The position numbers and the translations under genes are program-made. A DNA stretch of 64,000 bases from Planctomycetota bacterium (lineage in GTDB: Bacteria > Planctomycetota > B15-G4). The stretch is from positions 4,192,001 through 4,256,000 of the forward strand of contig CBDFJQ010000002.1 of the NCBI GenBank assembly GCA_965248575.1. Direction: 5' to 3'. The number at the start of each line of letters is the position of its first letter. Within the stretch, counting starts at the first letter, position 1. Shown piece by piece: positions 8,605 to 16,503 of the stretch. Below the pieces are notes generated by a model. That model was not told the DNA's origin and did not search any database. It worked only from the letters and a program-made list of their open reading frames with translations.

Positions 8605-11054
8605 CGACCGCGACCCTCCAGCTCCCGAAGGCCTTCGGGGTCATGGCAGTCGCTGCAGTCGGTGCCGAGCGGCGTGTAGCGCACGGCCTCGCTGCCGTCG
8701 GAGAGTGGGGTTGAGATGTGGCACGCAGCGCACTCCAGCTCCGCGTGGCGTTCGTCGAGCGGGAAGCGTGAGTCGAGCTGGTGATCGAAGACGAGTTCAG
8801 AGAACGTCTCGGCGTTCTGGTGGCAGCGGGTGCAGTCCGTCACGCCGTTCTCGATGAACTGGCCCACGTGCCGATCCTCGTGGCAGTCGGAGCACTGTTC
8901 GCCGCGCAGGAGGGAGTAGTCCAGGCGCGGCGGGTCCTCCGAGGCCTTGATCGTGTGGCAGTCAGCGCACTCCAAGGTGGCATGGGCGCCGAGCAGCTCG
9001 GATTCCCCCCAGACACCGTGGTCGAAGGTCTCGTAGAGCTGCAGATCAAAGCTCTCCGTGGTGTGGCAACGCGCGCAACTCTCGTGGCCACCGACCCGCT
9101 GGGGAGAGCGAGGGCGGTCGAAGGAGCCACCGTGCACATTGGTGTGGCACTCCGCGCAGTGGGTGGGCGTGCCCTGAAAGATGCGGGTCAGCAGGCCCTC
9201 GCCCGTGAGGGCGTGGGGGCTGTCCGCCGGAAGGACGTGGCACTCACTGCAGCCCACGGCTTCATGGCCACCGGTGAGCGGGAAGCTGGTTTGCCTGTGC
9301 TGTTCCAGGCCGAAGAGGGCGGGCCGGAACTCCAGGGAATCGTGGCAACTCAGGCAGTCCTGAGCCGCGAGCTCGCTCCCGGCGAACTGCTCCTGGTGAG
9401 GGTCGGTGTGACACAGCTCGCAGCTTTGTGCGTCGCGTCCAGGGAAGTCCTGGAGGAAGGCGCTGGCGCTGGCGATCTGCGATGGAACCCGCGGCGAGGC
9501 TTTGTAAGGAAGCCTGTCTTCAAAGTCTGGGTGGCATTCTTCACAGCGCATGGAGCCGTGAGGGGGAGCCAGCTCGAAACCGCTTGCCACATGCAAAGTT
9601 GTCATCTTCGCTGGGCTGTTGTTTCCAAGGAAGCTGTCGTGGCGAGCGTCGTGGCAGTGCGTGCAACTGGCCTCCGCCGCGAGCTGGAGCAGGTCGGCCA
9701 CTCCCGCGAGGAATCCCGTGCTGTGTGGGGTGCTGTGGCAGTCCACGCAGTCGGTGGGCGTGCCTGCGAACTGAGTGCTGAGCAGGCCTTCGTCCGTGAT
9801 GCGTGCCTGCCCCTCGGGTTCGAAGTGACACTCCTGGCAGGTCGCCGCCTCGTGGCTTCCCGTCAGGGCGAAGGCCGTTTGGGCGTGATGGGCGACGCCG
9901 AAGTTCGTCGGAGAGAAGGTCGTGCGCTCATGGCAGCCGAGGCAGCCCTGGTCGGCAAACGCACCTTCGTCGAACTGTCCGTTGTGTGCATCCATGTGGC
10001 AGTAAGAGCATTGGTCTGCGGAACGGCCTGGGAATGCCGTGGAAGAAGCTTCGCGTCGGGCGCTGGGGTGATCCGGGCGCAGCCCGTCGCCGAAACCTGC
10101 ATGGCATGCAACGCAGTCGGCCTGTTCGTGAGGGAACTCAAGTTCGAAGCCGGATGCCGCGTGCAGGTTTGGTGTCATTCCCGCGTCAGTGCCAAGAAAC
10201 GAGGCGTGATCGGCCTTGTGACAGTGTTGACAGACTTGCGCATCTGGGTAGCGCCCGTGGGTCGTGGCCACCGCAGCCAGGAAGGGCTCGCTGTGCTGTG
10301 TTTCGTGGCAGATCGCGCAGCTGCGGTTCTCGACGTCTGCCTCTGTCGCTCCGTGGCGTTGAACGAGCGCTTGCACCGACCACTGCGAGTCCTCTTCGTG
10401 GCACTCCGTGCACGTCAGCTCGGCGTGGGAGCCCACGAGCGGGGCAAAGCCGTCATGTGCCGCTCCACTGACCGTCTCGAAGGGCTCGGATTGCCCGTGG
10501 CAGTCAGCGCAGCGATTCCCCAGCTCGCCATCGTGCACGTCCTCATGGCAGGCATCGCAACTCTGGCTCAGGCCAGCGAAGCGTCGTGAGCCATCAGGGA
10601 TGAACGGGTTGTCCGCGTGCTGGTGACATTCCGTGCAGGTCAGGCCGAGGTGGGAGCCCGTGAGTTCATAGCCGAGGCCCCTGTGGTCATAGCCGTTGCG
10701 ACCGCTGAATCCTGCTTCGGTGAAGCTTCGATCGGAGATCAGATCGAAGTCGGCACCATGGTGGTCGCTGTGGCACTCCGCGCACCGCGAAGCCAGTTCG
10801 CCGTCGAGCTGGCCGTGCAGGCCGAGGCCCTGTTCGAGCTGGCCACGTAGCCCTTCATGGCAGTCGAGGCACGCGCCGGCCATGGACTCGAGCAAGCCTC
10901 CATGGCACATGGAGCAGTCACTGGACCCAGCAAACTGCGGCAGGTCAGCGTGCGCTCGTGAGATGTCGCCCGGCGACACCCGCTCCGTGTCGGCGATGAG
11001 AAAGACGGCAATCAAGGCAATCGTGACGAGTGCGATGATGGACCGCGTGCTCAT
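8601..11054 (-). CDS. 26-heme c-type cytochrome, periplasmic or inner-membrane anchored
   Basis: 26 CxxCH motifs counted; N-terminal hydrophobic signal/anchor then SPG.IS.AH; recurring H..[FY].L.G.H distal-ligand motifs. Confidence 0.92.
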   Translation of the reverse strand: MSTRSIIALVTIALIAVFLIADTERVSPGDISRAHADLPQFAGSSDCSMCHGGLLESMAGACLDCHEGLRGQLEQGLGLHGQLDGELASRCAECHSDHHGADFDLISDRSFTEAGFSGRNGYDHRGLGYELTGSHLGLTCTECHQHADNPFIPDGSRRFAGLSQSCDACHEDVHDGELGNRCADCHGQSEPFETVSGAAHDGFAPLVGSHAELTCTECHEEDSQWSVQALVQRHGATEADVENRSCAICHETQHSEPFLAAVATTHGRYPDAQVCQHCHKADHASFLGTDAGMTPNLHAASGFELEFPHEQADCVACHAGFGDGLRPDHPSARREASSTAFPGRSADQCSYCHMDAHNGQFDEGAFADQGCLGCHERTTFSPTNFGVAHHAQTAFALTGSHEAATCQECHFEPEGQARITDEGLLSTQFAGTPTDCVDCHSTPHSTGFLAGVADLLQLAAEASCTHCHDARHDSFLGNNSPAKMTTLHVASGFELAPPHGSMRCEECHPDFEDRLPYKASPRVPSQIASASAFLQDFPGRDAQSCELCHTDPHQEQFAGSELAAQDCLSCHDSLEFRPALFGLEQHRQTSFPLTGGHEAVGCSECHVLPADSPHALTGEGLLTRIFQGTPTHCAECHTNVHGGSFDRPRSPQRVGGHESCARCHTTESFDLQLYETFDHGVWGESELLGAHATLECADCHTIKASEDPPRLDYSLLRGEQCSDCHEDRHVGQFIENGVTDCTRCHQNAETFSELVFDHQLDSRFPLDERHAELECAACHISTPLSDGSEAVRYTPLGTDCSDCHDPEGLRELEGRGR

Positions 11055-11084
11055 GTCGGGGGGGGCTCCGGATGTGGGCTCGAT

Positions 11085-13298
11085 TCAGTCGAACACGGGT
11101 GAGTACTGGAGGGCGATGACGATGTGCCAGGCGGCCAGCAGCACCATGAGCAAGCCGAACCAGCGATGGACGAAGCGCCATGTCCCCAGGAGACTGCGCA
11201 GATCTTCGTAGTGCGTCACCATGAGGGCTGAGCGGTGCGCGCGACGTGAAAGATCCGTCAGAATTGAAATCTGATCTGGGTGAAGACCTTCGCTCTCGGC
11301 TCGCCGCTCGAGGTCCTGAAGGAAGCGCGCGAACTCCCGTTGACTGCGGATGAGACTCTTCACCCGCGTGATGAACTTGCCCTCCCAACGTCGCCGCTCC
11401 ACGAGCTGCTCAACCTCCTTCCGAACTTGCGCACCGAAGCCTCGTGTGCGGGTGTCCCACTCGGTCGAGACCTTGGTGAAGCGCTCACGCGCTTCGTCCA
11501 AGGCGAGCTCTTTGCCGTTGGCGGCGTGCGGCACGAAGGCGTAGAAGTAGCGACCGATCGCACCAGTGAAGATCAGGATGGCAAGCGACCAGAAGGCGTG
11601 GCCGCCGATGCTGTTGTGCGGCTGCATCGCGCCGTGGAGAACGATCAGGAGCAGGGCCAGGATACCCGTGACCACATGCGAGGTCATCCAAGCGCGGAGG
11701 GAGCCTGGGAGTCGCTCTCCGAGCTGTGAGCGCCGCAGCAGGTAGCACAAGTTGATGCTGATCAGGGCGGTGCCGGCGACGCCTGCAGCGAGCCCGAGGG
11801 TGCCGCTCGATCGCAGCAATTCGTGCTGGGGAGAGTCGAACCGTAGTTCCTGAGGCAGCCCGTAGTAGTCGCGGAAATAGATGCGCCAGCCCGTCAGGAT
11901 CAACGCCAGCCCCAGGCTGATGAGCAACGCGAGACGCAGTCCTGTGCCCTGTTGCCGCAGGGGGGCGGCGTTGGGGCGGTGGGCCGGATCGAAGGAGACT
12001 CCTGCTTGCTCCAGCAGTGGGAAGGGCGGGATGCCACCGGCCATGATGATGACGTCGTCATTGGCAAGCATGACCGTCCGGGGGTCCTCGTCGCCCTTGA
12101 TGTTGATGCGAACTGCCTGCTCGCCAATCTCCTCGACTTCACTGCTGAACAGGACTTGGATGGCTCCGGCTTCCCGCATCTCGCCCAGCAAGCGTTCGTT
12201 CTTGGCCTTCAGGCGGAAGAAGGCGTGCTTCCGATACGAGAGGGTCACGCTGTTGCCCGGCTGCTGAGCGAGCCCGATGGCCGCTTCGATCGCACTGTCG
12301 CCACCCCCAACCACCAGGATCTTGCGACCTTGGTAGGAGCGTGCATCTTCGACGCTGTAGAGCACCTTGGGCAGCTCTTCGCCGGGGACCCCCAGCTTGC
12401 GCGGGCTGCCTCGCCGACCCAGGGCGAGGCACACGTGCTTGGCTGGATAGGTGTTGTTGGCGGTGCGGACCACGAGTGCGTCGCCGTCCCGCTCCAGGCC
12501 TACATAGGTTTCCCCCAGGCGCAACGGGAGTTCGTGCGTGACGAGGGCCTGTTCCCAGATGTCGATGAGCTCTTCCTTCGCATAGGAACGCTCTTTGAGC
12601 GTCCCGTGTAGCGGCAGGCTCACCGGCTGGGTCATGACCAACTTGCTGCGCGGGTACTTGGCGACCGTGCCGCCGAAGCTCAGCTCCTGTTCCAGCGTGA
12701 CGAAGTCGAGACCCAGCTCCTTGGCTCGCAGGGAGCACGCCAGGCCCGCAGGCCCTGAGCCGACGATGCACAGGTCCAGGGCGGGGCGCAGCGCCGGCTG
12801 TTCCGTCAGCCGTTGGTGCACCGCGTCGGCGACGGCGGTGCCGTGGGAGATGGCCGTCTTCACCAGGGCATAGCCGGTGACTTCGCCCGCAAGGAAGACG
12901 CCCGGGGCCTGGTGGGCTTCCCATTCAGGGCTGAGGGCCGGGATGTCCCTGCGACTGGAGAGATCGCCCAGGGTGACGGTGATGGCGTCCACCGGGCAGG
13001 CACTGGCGCACAGGCCGTGACCGACGCAGCGCGACCCATGCACGACGACCGCTTGCCCGTGAATCAGGTCGAGCACGCCCTCTTCCGGGCAAGCCTTCAC
13101 GCACAGCCCGCAGCCAAAGCAGCGGCTGAGGTCGATGTTGGGGAACTGGAGCCGAGCCCGGTGGCTGCCCCTTTGCTTGGCTTCGCTGACCTCTGAGAGG
13201 CGCGAGCGCAGCTGTTCGCGCCGGCTGTTCTTCCCCTGTTGAAAAAACAGTGCCGCCAGCAGGGCAGCCAACAAGAGCGCGAGGAGCGTTGTGACCAC
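11085..13298 (-). CDS. Membrane fusion protein: ferredoxin (2 Fe-S) + TrxR/YpdA-like FAD/NAD(P)-binding oxidoreductase + His-rich cytochrome b / ferric-reductase-like membrane domain
   Basis: N-terminal TM helix; CFGCGLCVKACP and CVGHGLCASACP; IVGSGPAG; VVGGGDSA..SYRK; C-terminal TM helices with two His pairs spaced 14 residues. Confidence 0.85.
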   Translation of the reverse strand: MVTTLLALLLAALLAALFFQQGKNSRREQLRSRLSEVSEAKQRGSHRARLQFPNIDLSRCFGCGLCVKACPEEGVLDLIHGQAVVVHGSRCVGHGLCASACPVDAITVTLGDLSSRRDIPALSPEWEAHQAPGVFLAGEVTGYALVKTAISHGTAVADAVHQRLTEQPALRPALDLCIVGSGPAGLACSLRAKELGLDFVTLEQELSFGGTVAKYPRSKLVMTQPVSLPLHGTLKERSYAKEELIDIWEQALVTHELPLRLGETYVGLERDGDALVVRTANNTYPAKHVCLALGRRGSPRKLGVPGEELPKVLYSVEDARSYQGRKILVVGGGDSAIEAAIGLAQQPGNSVTLSYRKHAFFRLKAKNERLLGEMREAGAIQVLFSSEVEEIGEQAVRINIKGDEDPRTVMLANDDVIIMAGGIPPFPLLEQAGVSFDPAHRPNAAPLRQQGTGLRLALLISLGLALILTGWRIYFRDYYGLPQELRFDSPQHELLRSSGTLGLAAGVAGTALISINLCYLLRRSQLGERLPGSLRAWMTSHVVTGILALLLIVLHGAMQPHNSIGGHAFWSLAILIFTGAIGRYFYAFVPHAANGKELALDEARERFTKVSTEWDTRTRGFGAQVRKEVEQLVERRRWEGKFITRVKSLIRSQREFARFLQDLERRAESEGLHPDQISILTDLSRRAHRSALMVTHYEDLRSLLGTWRFVHRWFGLLMVLLAAWHIVIALQYSPVFD

Positions 13299-13360
13299 TC
13301 AGAGCCCTCAGATCGTTGTCGTCATCCCGCGGAGGTGGGCGGGGCACCACGGTTCGGCGC

Positions 13361-13410
13361 ACAACGAAAAGCGCGCCCCGAAGCGGCTGTCAGGGACCGC
13401 TCCGGGGCGC
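13361..13410 (-). terminator. Intrinsic terminator-like hairpin in the leader of the cytochrome operon
   Basis: Minus strand GCGCCCCGGAGCGG, 10-nt loop, CCGCTTCGGGGCGC (14 bp including one G-U), then GCTTTTCGTTGT. Confidence 0.55.
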
Positions 13411-13753
13411 CACACTGTCGTTGGCAGCCGCTTCCTTCTCGTACAACCGTCAAGTTCCTCGGGTTCGCGATCGAGCCCAATGGATGCCATCCGCCAGGGA
13501 AGCAGGCGACATCCGGTACAGGTACAGGGGGCCTCGGGTCTCAAGACCGCGAGAGAATGGGAACTCTAGGCAAACAAAGAACGGATGAAGAGGCCGGACG
13601 TCTGCCTGTCCGGGCTCCCATTGGCACAGGAGGAGCGGCCGGCAGGCCAATCAGGGTGTCAGAGCAAAGGTGGTGACGACCGGTTAGAAGCAACTGTCGT
13701 GACAGCGCTTCAGGGGAACGGCGGGCAAGGCGCACGGCGAAAAACGAGAATTC

Positions 13754-14371
13754 TCAGGCGTCGTCCGGAGCGGCGAGTGCGGCTTCGATCGCGGCGAGCA
13801 ATTGGGGGTCCTCCGGGCTCGTCCGGCTGCCGAAGTACTGCACGGTCTCGCCGTCCTTGCCGACCAGATACTTGCCGAAGTTCCAGCTCGGGATGCTGCT
13901 CGTCTTGGACACCAGGTAGGTGTAGATGGGCGATTGCCCGTCGCCGCTCTGGGTGGCGCACTTCTCGAACATGGGGAAGCTGACACCGTAGTTCGCGGAA
14001 CAGAATTCGCGGATCTGCTCGGGGCTGCCGGGCTCCTGGCCGCCGAACTCGTTGCTGGGGAAAGCGAGCACGCTGAAACCCTGTTCTGCGAGGCTTGTGT
14101 GCAGTGCCTGCAGCCCCTCGTACTGGGGGGTCAGCCCACACTTGCTGGCCACATTCACCACGAGCGTGACGCGGCCGGCAAACTCGATCAGCGGGCGATC
14201 CTCTCCCTCCAGGCTGCGGGCACCCAAGGCGTAGAGGCCGCTGGCCGATGCGGCGCTCGAGCCCGTTGCGTCGCCAGCTTCAGGGGCGGCCCCTTGCGAC
14301 TCGGGCCCACTGCATCCCAGGCAGGCGAGCAGGAGCAGGGGCAGGGCACTGCGATGCATGAGATGGGGCAT
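13754..14371 (-). CDS. gpx: Glutathione peroxidase family protein (Cys type), predicted lipoprotein
   Basis: VVNVASKCG, LAFPSNEFGGQEPG, WNFGKYLV motifs; signal peptide LLLLACLGC. Confidence 0.92.
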   Translation of the reverse strand: MPHLMHRSALPLLLLACLGCSGPESQGAAPEAGDATGSSAASASGLYALGARSLEGEDRPLIEFAGRVTLVVNVASKCGLTPQYEGLQALHTSLAEQGFSVLAFPSNEFGGQEPGSPEQIREFCSANYGVSFPMFEKCATQSGDGQSPIYTYLVSKTSSIPSWNFGKYLVGKDGETVQYFGSRTSPEDPQLLAAIEAALAAPDDA

Positions 14372-14377
14372 GGAAAC

Positions 14378-15307
14378 TCAATCCTGAGGAGGAGACTCGG
14401 TAGGAGCCCCGGGCGCGGGGCGCTTGGGCCGGGGCCGCAGGCTGTTGAAGTGTTCGCCGAGTTGCTCTCTCGGAATGCGGTTCATTCCGTGAAAGGCCCC
14501 GTGGCCTGCCAGACGGGCGCCGCCATCCAGCTCGATCAGCTGACCCGTGATGAAAGACGAGGCGTCGCTCATGAGAAAGGCCGCCAGGTTTCCGAGTTCG
14601 TCGCGCGTGGCAAAACGGCCCAGGGGAACGGCTTCCCGAAGTTCGTCCTCAAAGCTCGCATCGGGCATCAGGCGCTCCCAGGCGCCTTTGGTGGGGATCG
14701 GGCCGGGGCCGATGGCATTCAGGCGGATGCCATAGGGCCCCCACTCCACCGCGAGCGAACGCATCATGGAGACGATGGCGGCCTTGGACGCAGCGCTGGG
14801 CATCACGAAGGAGCTGCCGGTGTCCGTGTAGGTCGTGGCGATGCACAGCACCCGACCGGCGGTCTTGCGCTCGATCCAGAGCCGGCCGCAGGCCTGGGTG
14901 CAGTGGAAGCTGCCCGTCAGGTTGATGCCCATGACCGCTTCGAAGCCCCGCGGGTCCAGGTCTTCGGAGAGCGAGAGGAAGTTGCCGGCCGCATTGTTCA
15001 CGAGGCCGGTGAGGGGGCCTTGGCGCTGCTCGGCTTCGGCCAGCATGGCGTCGACCCGTGGGCGCCTCTGGATGTCACACGGAAGACCCTCGGCCCGGCC
15101 GCCGGCTTCGGCTATGCGAGCCACCGTGGTCTCCAAGGGAGAACGTCGACGGCCGCAGATGGTGATGGCGGCGCCCAACTCGGCGAAGCGCGCGGCCATG
15201 GCGGAGCCGAGGCCCGTCCCGCCCCCGGTGATCAGGATGTGCTCGCCGCTCAGCAGGTCCGGTCGGTAGGGCTGTGTCGGCGCCCCAGGTGGCTCCGCCG
15301 CACTCAC
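14378..15307 (-). CDS. SDR family 2,4-dienoyl-CoA reductase-like oxidoreductase
   Basis: ITGGGTGLG, LVNNAAGNF, SAASKAAI, EWGPYGIRLNAIGPGPIPT; GTG start overlaps the thiolase TGA. Confidence 0.88.
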   Translation of the reverse strand: MSAAEPPGAPTQPYRPDLLSGEHILITGGGTGLGSAMAARFAELGAAITICGRRRSPLETTVARIAEAGGRAEGLPCDIQRRPRVDAMLAEAEQRQGPLTGLVNNAAGNFLSLSEDLDPRGFEAVMGINLTGSFHCTQACGRLWIERKTAGRVLCIATTYTDTGSSFVMPSAASKAAIVSMMRSLAVEWGPYGIRLNAIGPGPIPTKGAWERLMPDASFEDELREAVPLGRFATRDELGNLAAFLMSDASSFITGQLIELDGGARLAGHGAFHGMNRIPREQLGEHFNSLRPRPKRPAPGAPTESPPQD

Positions 15308-16491
15308 AGCGTGAGGTTCTCGAAGATGCCAGCCGCGCCCATGCCGGCCCCGATGCACATGGTGACCATGCCGTAGCGGACTTCGCGGCGCGTCATCTCC
15401 TGCAGCAGGCTGGCCGTGAGTTTGGTGCCCGTGCAGCCCAGGGGGTGCCCCAAGGCGATGGCCCCGCCGTTCACGTTGACGATGTCCTCGTCGAGCTTCA
15501 GGGCGCGGATGACCGCCAGCGCCTGGGACGCAAAGGCTTCGTTCAGTTCGATCAGCCCGATGTCCTTGAGCTTGAGGCCGGCGCGAGCCAGCGCCTTGGG
15601 GACAGCCTCCACCGGGCCGATACCCATGACGTCGGGGGCGACGCCGGCGACGGCGAAACTCACCAGCCGAGCCAGGGGCACGGCGTTCAATTCCTGGGCT
15701 GACTTCTCGCTCATGAGGACAGCGGCTGCCGCGCCGTCGGACATCTGCGAGCAGTTGCCGGCCGTCACCGTGCCGTTCTTCTTGAAGGCTGGGCGCAGGG
15801 CCGCCAGGGACTCTGCGTTGGTGTCGGCTCGCGGGCCCTCATCGGCGCCGAACTCCACCTGTTCGATCTGGATCTTCCCGTCGACGCGGGTCATGCGCTC
15901 GACCTGCAGCGGCACGATCTCGTTCTCGAAACGTGCGGCGTCCTGGGCCTCCACCGCCCGCTGATGGCTGCGCAAGGAGAACGCATCCTGGTCTGCGCGG
16001 TTCACCTTGTACTTCTCGGCGACGCGTTCGGCCGTCAAGCCCATGCTGATGTAGGCGTTGGGTTCCTCGCCGATCAGGGTGGGGTCCGGCACGAAGTGGA
16101 AACCCTCCATGGGGACGAGCGTCATGGATTCCGTGCCGCCCGCCACCATGATGTCTGCGTGGTTCGCTTCGATGGCCTGGCTGGCCATGGCGATGGTCTG
16201 CAGGCCTGACGAACAGAAACGATTGATCGTCACCCCAGGCACCGAGTCCGGTAGGCCAGCGCGCTGGGCCACGAGGCGGCCGATGTTCAGGCCCTGTGCT
16301 CCTTCGGGCATGGCGCAACCCATGAGCACATCATCGATGCGCTCGGGGGCGAGACCCGGGACGCGGGCGATGGCCTCGCGCACCACCGATGCCCCGAGCG
16401 TGACGGGCATGGTCTGTGCCAGTGAGCCGCGCTTGGCCCGGCCCACGGGGGTGCGCAGACAGCTGACGAGGACGGCTTCTTGCTGAGCCAT
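15304..16491 (-). CDS. fadA: Acetyl-CoA C-acyltransferase (thiolase)
   Basis: RTPVG, INRFCSSG (catalytic Cys), ELNEAFA, GGAIALGHPLG, TMCIGAGMG. Confidence 0.95.
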   Translation of the reverse strand: MAQQEAVLVSCLRTPVGRAKRGSLAQTMPVTLGASVVREAIARVPGLAPERIDDVLMGCAMPEGAQGLNIGRLVAQRAGLPDSVPGVTINRFCSSGLQTIAMASQAIEANHADIMVAGGTESMTLVPMEGFHFVPDPTLIGEEPNAYISMGLTAERVAEKYKVNRADQDAFSLRSHQRAVEAQDAARFENEIVPLQVERMTRVDGKIQIEQVEFGADEGPRADTNAESLAALRPAFKKNGTVTAGNCSQMSDGAAAAVLMSEKSAQELNAVPLARLVSFAVAGVAPDVMGIGPVEAVPKALARAGLKLKDIGLIELNEAFASQALAVIRALKLDEDIVNVNGGAIALGHPLGCTGTKLTASLLQEMTRREVRYGMVTMCIGAGMGAAGIFENLTL

Positions 16492-16503
16492 GGCGATTCC
16501 AGA

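Noticed and set aside
13560..13620. GGCAAAC as a c-di-GMP-I riboswitch seed
   Set aside because: Wrong strand for the operon, and no GNRA stem or downstream conserved elements
8601..13753. Slightly lower GC patches suggesting horizontal acquisition of the cytochrome operon
   Set aside because: Only spot-checked (two 60-nt lines at about 55-60% GC); no mobility genes or flanking repeats; needs a computed GC/codon profile
14130..14160. Selenocysteine recoding in the glutathione peroxidase
   Set aside because: The active-site codon is TGT (Cys) in an uninterrupted frame
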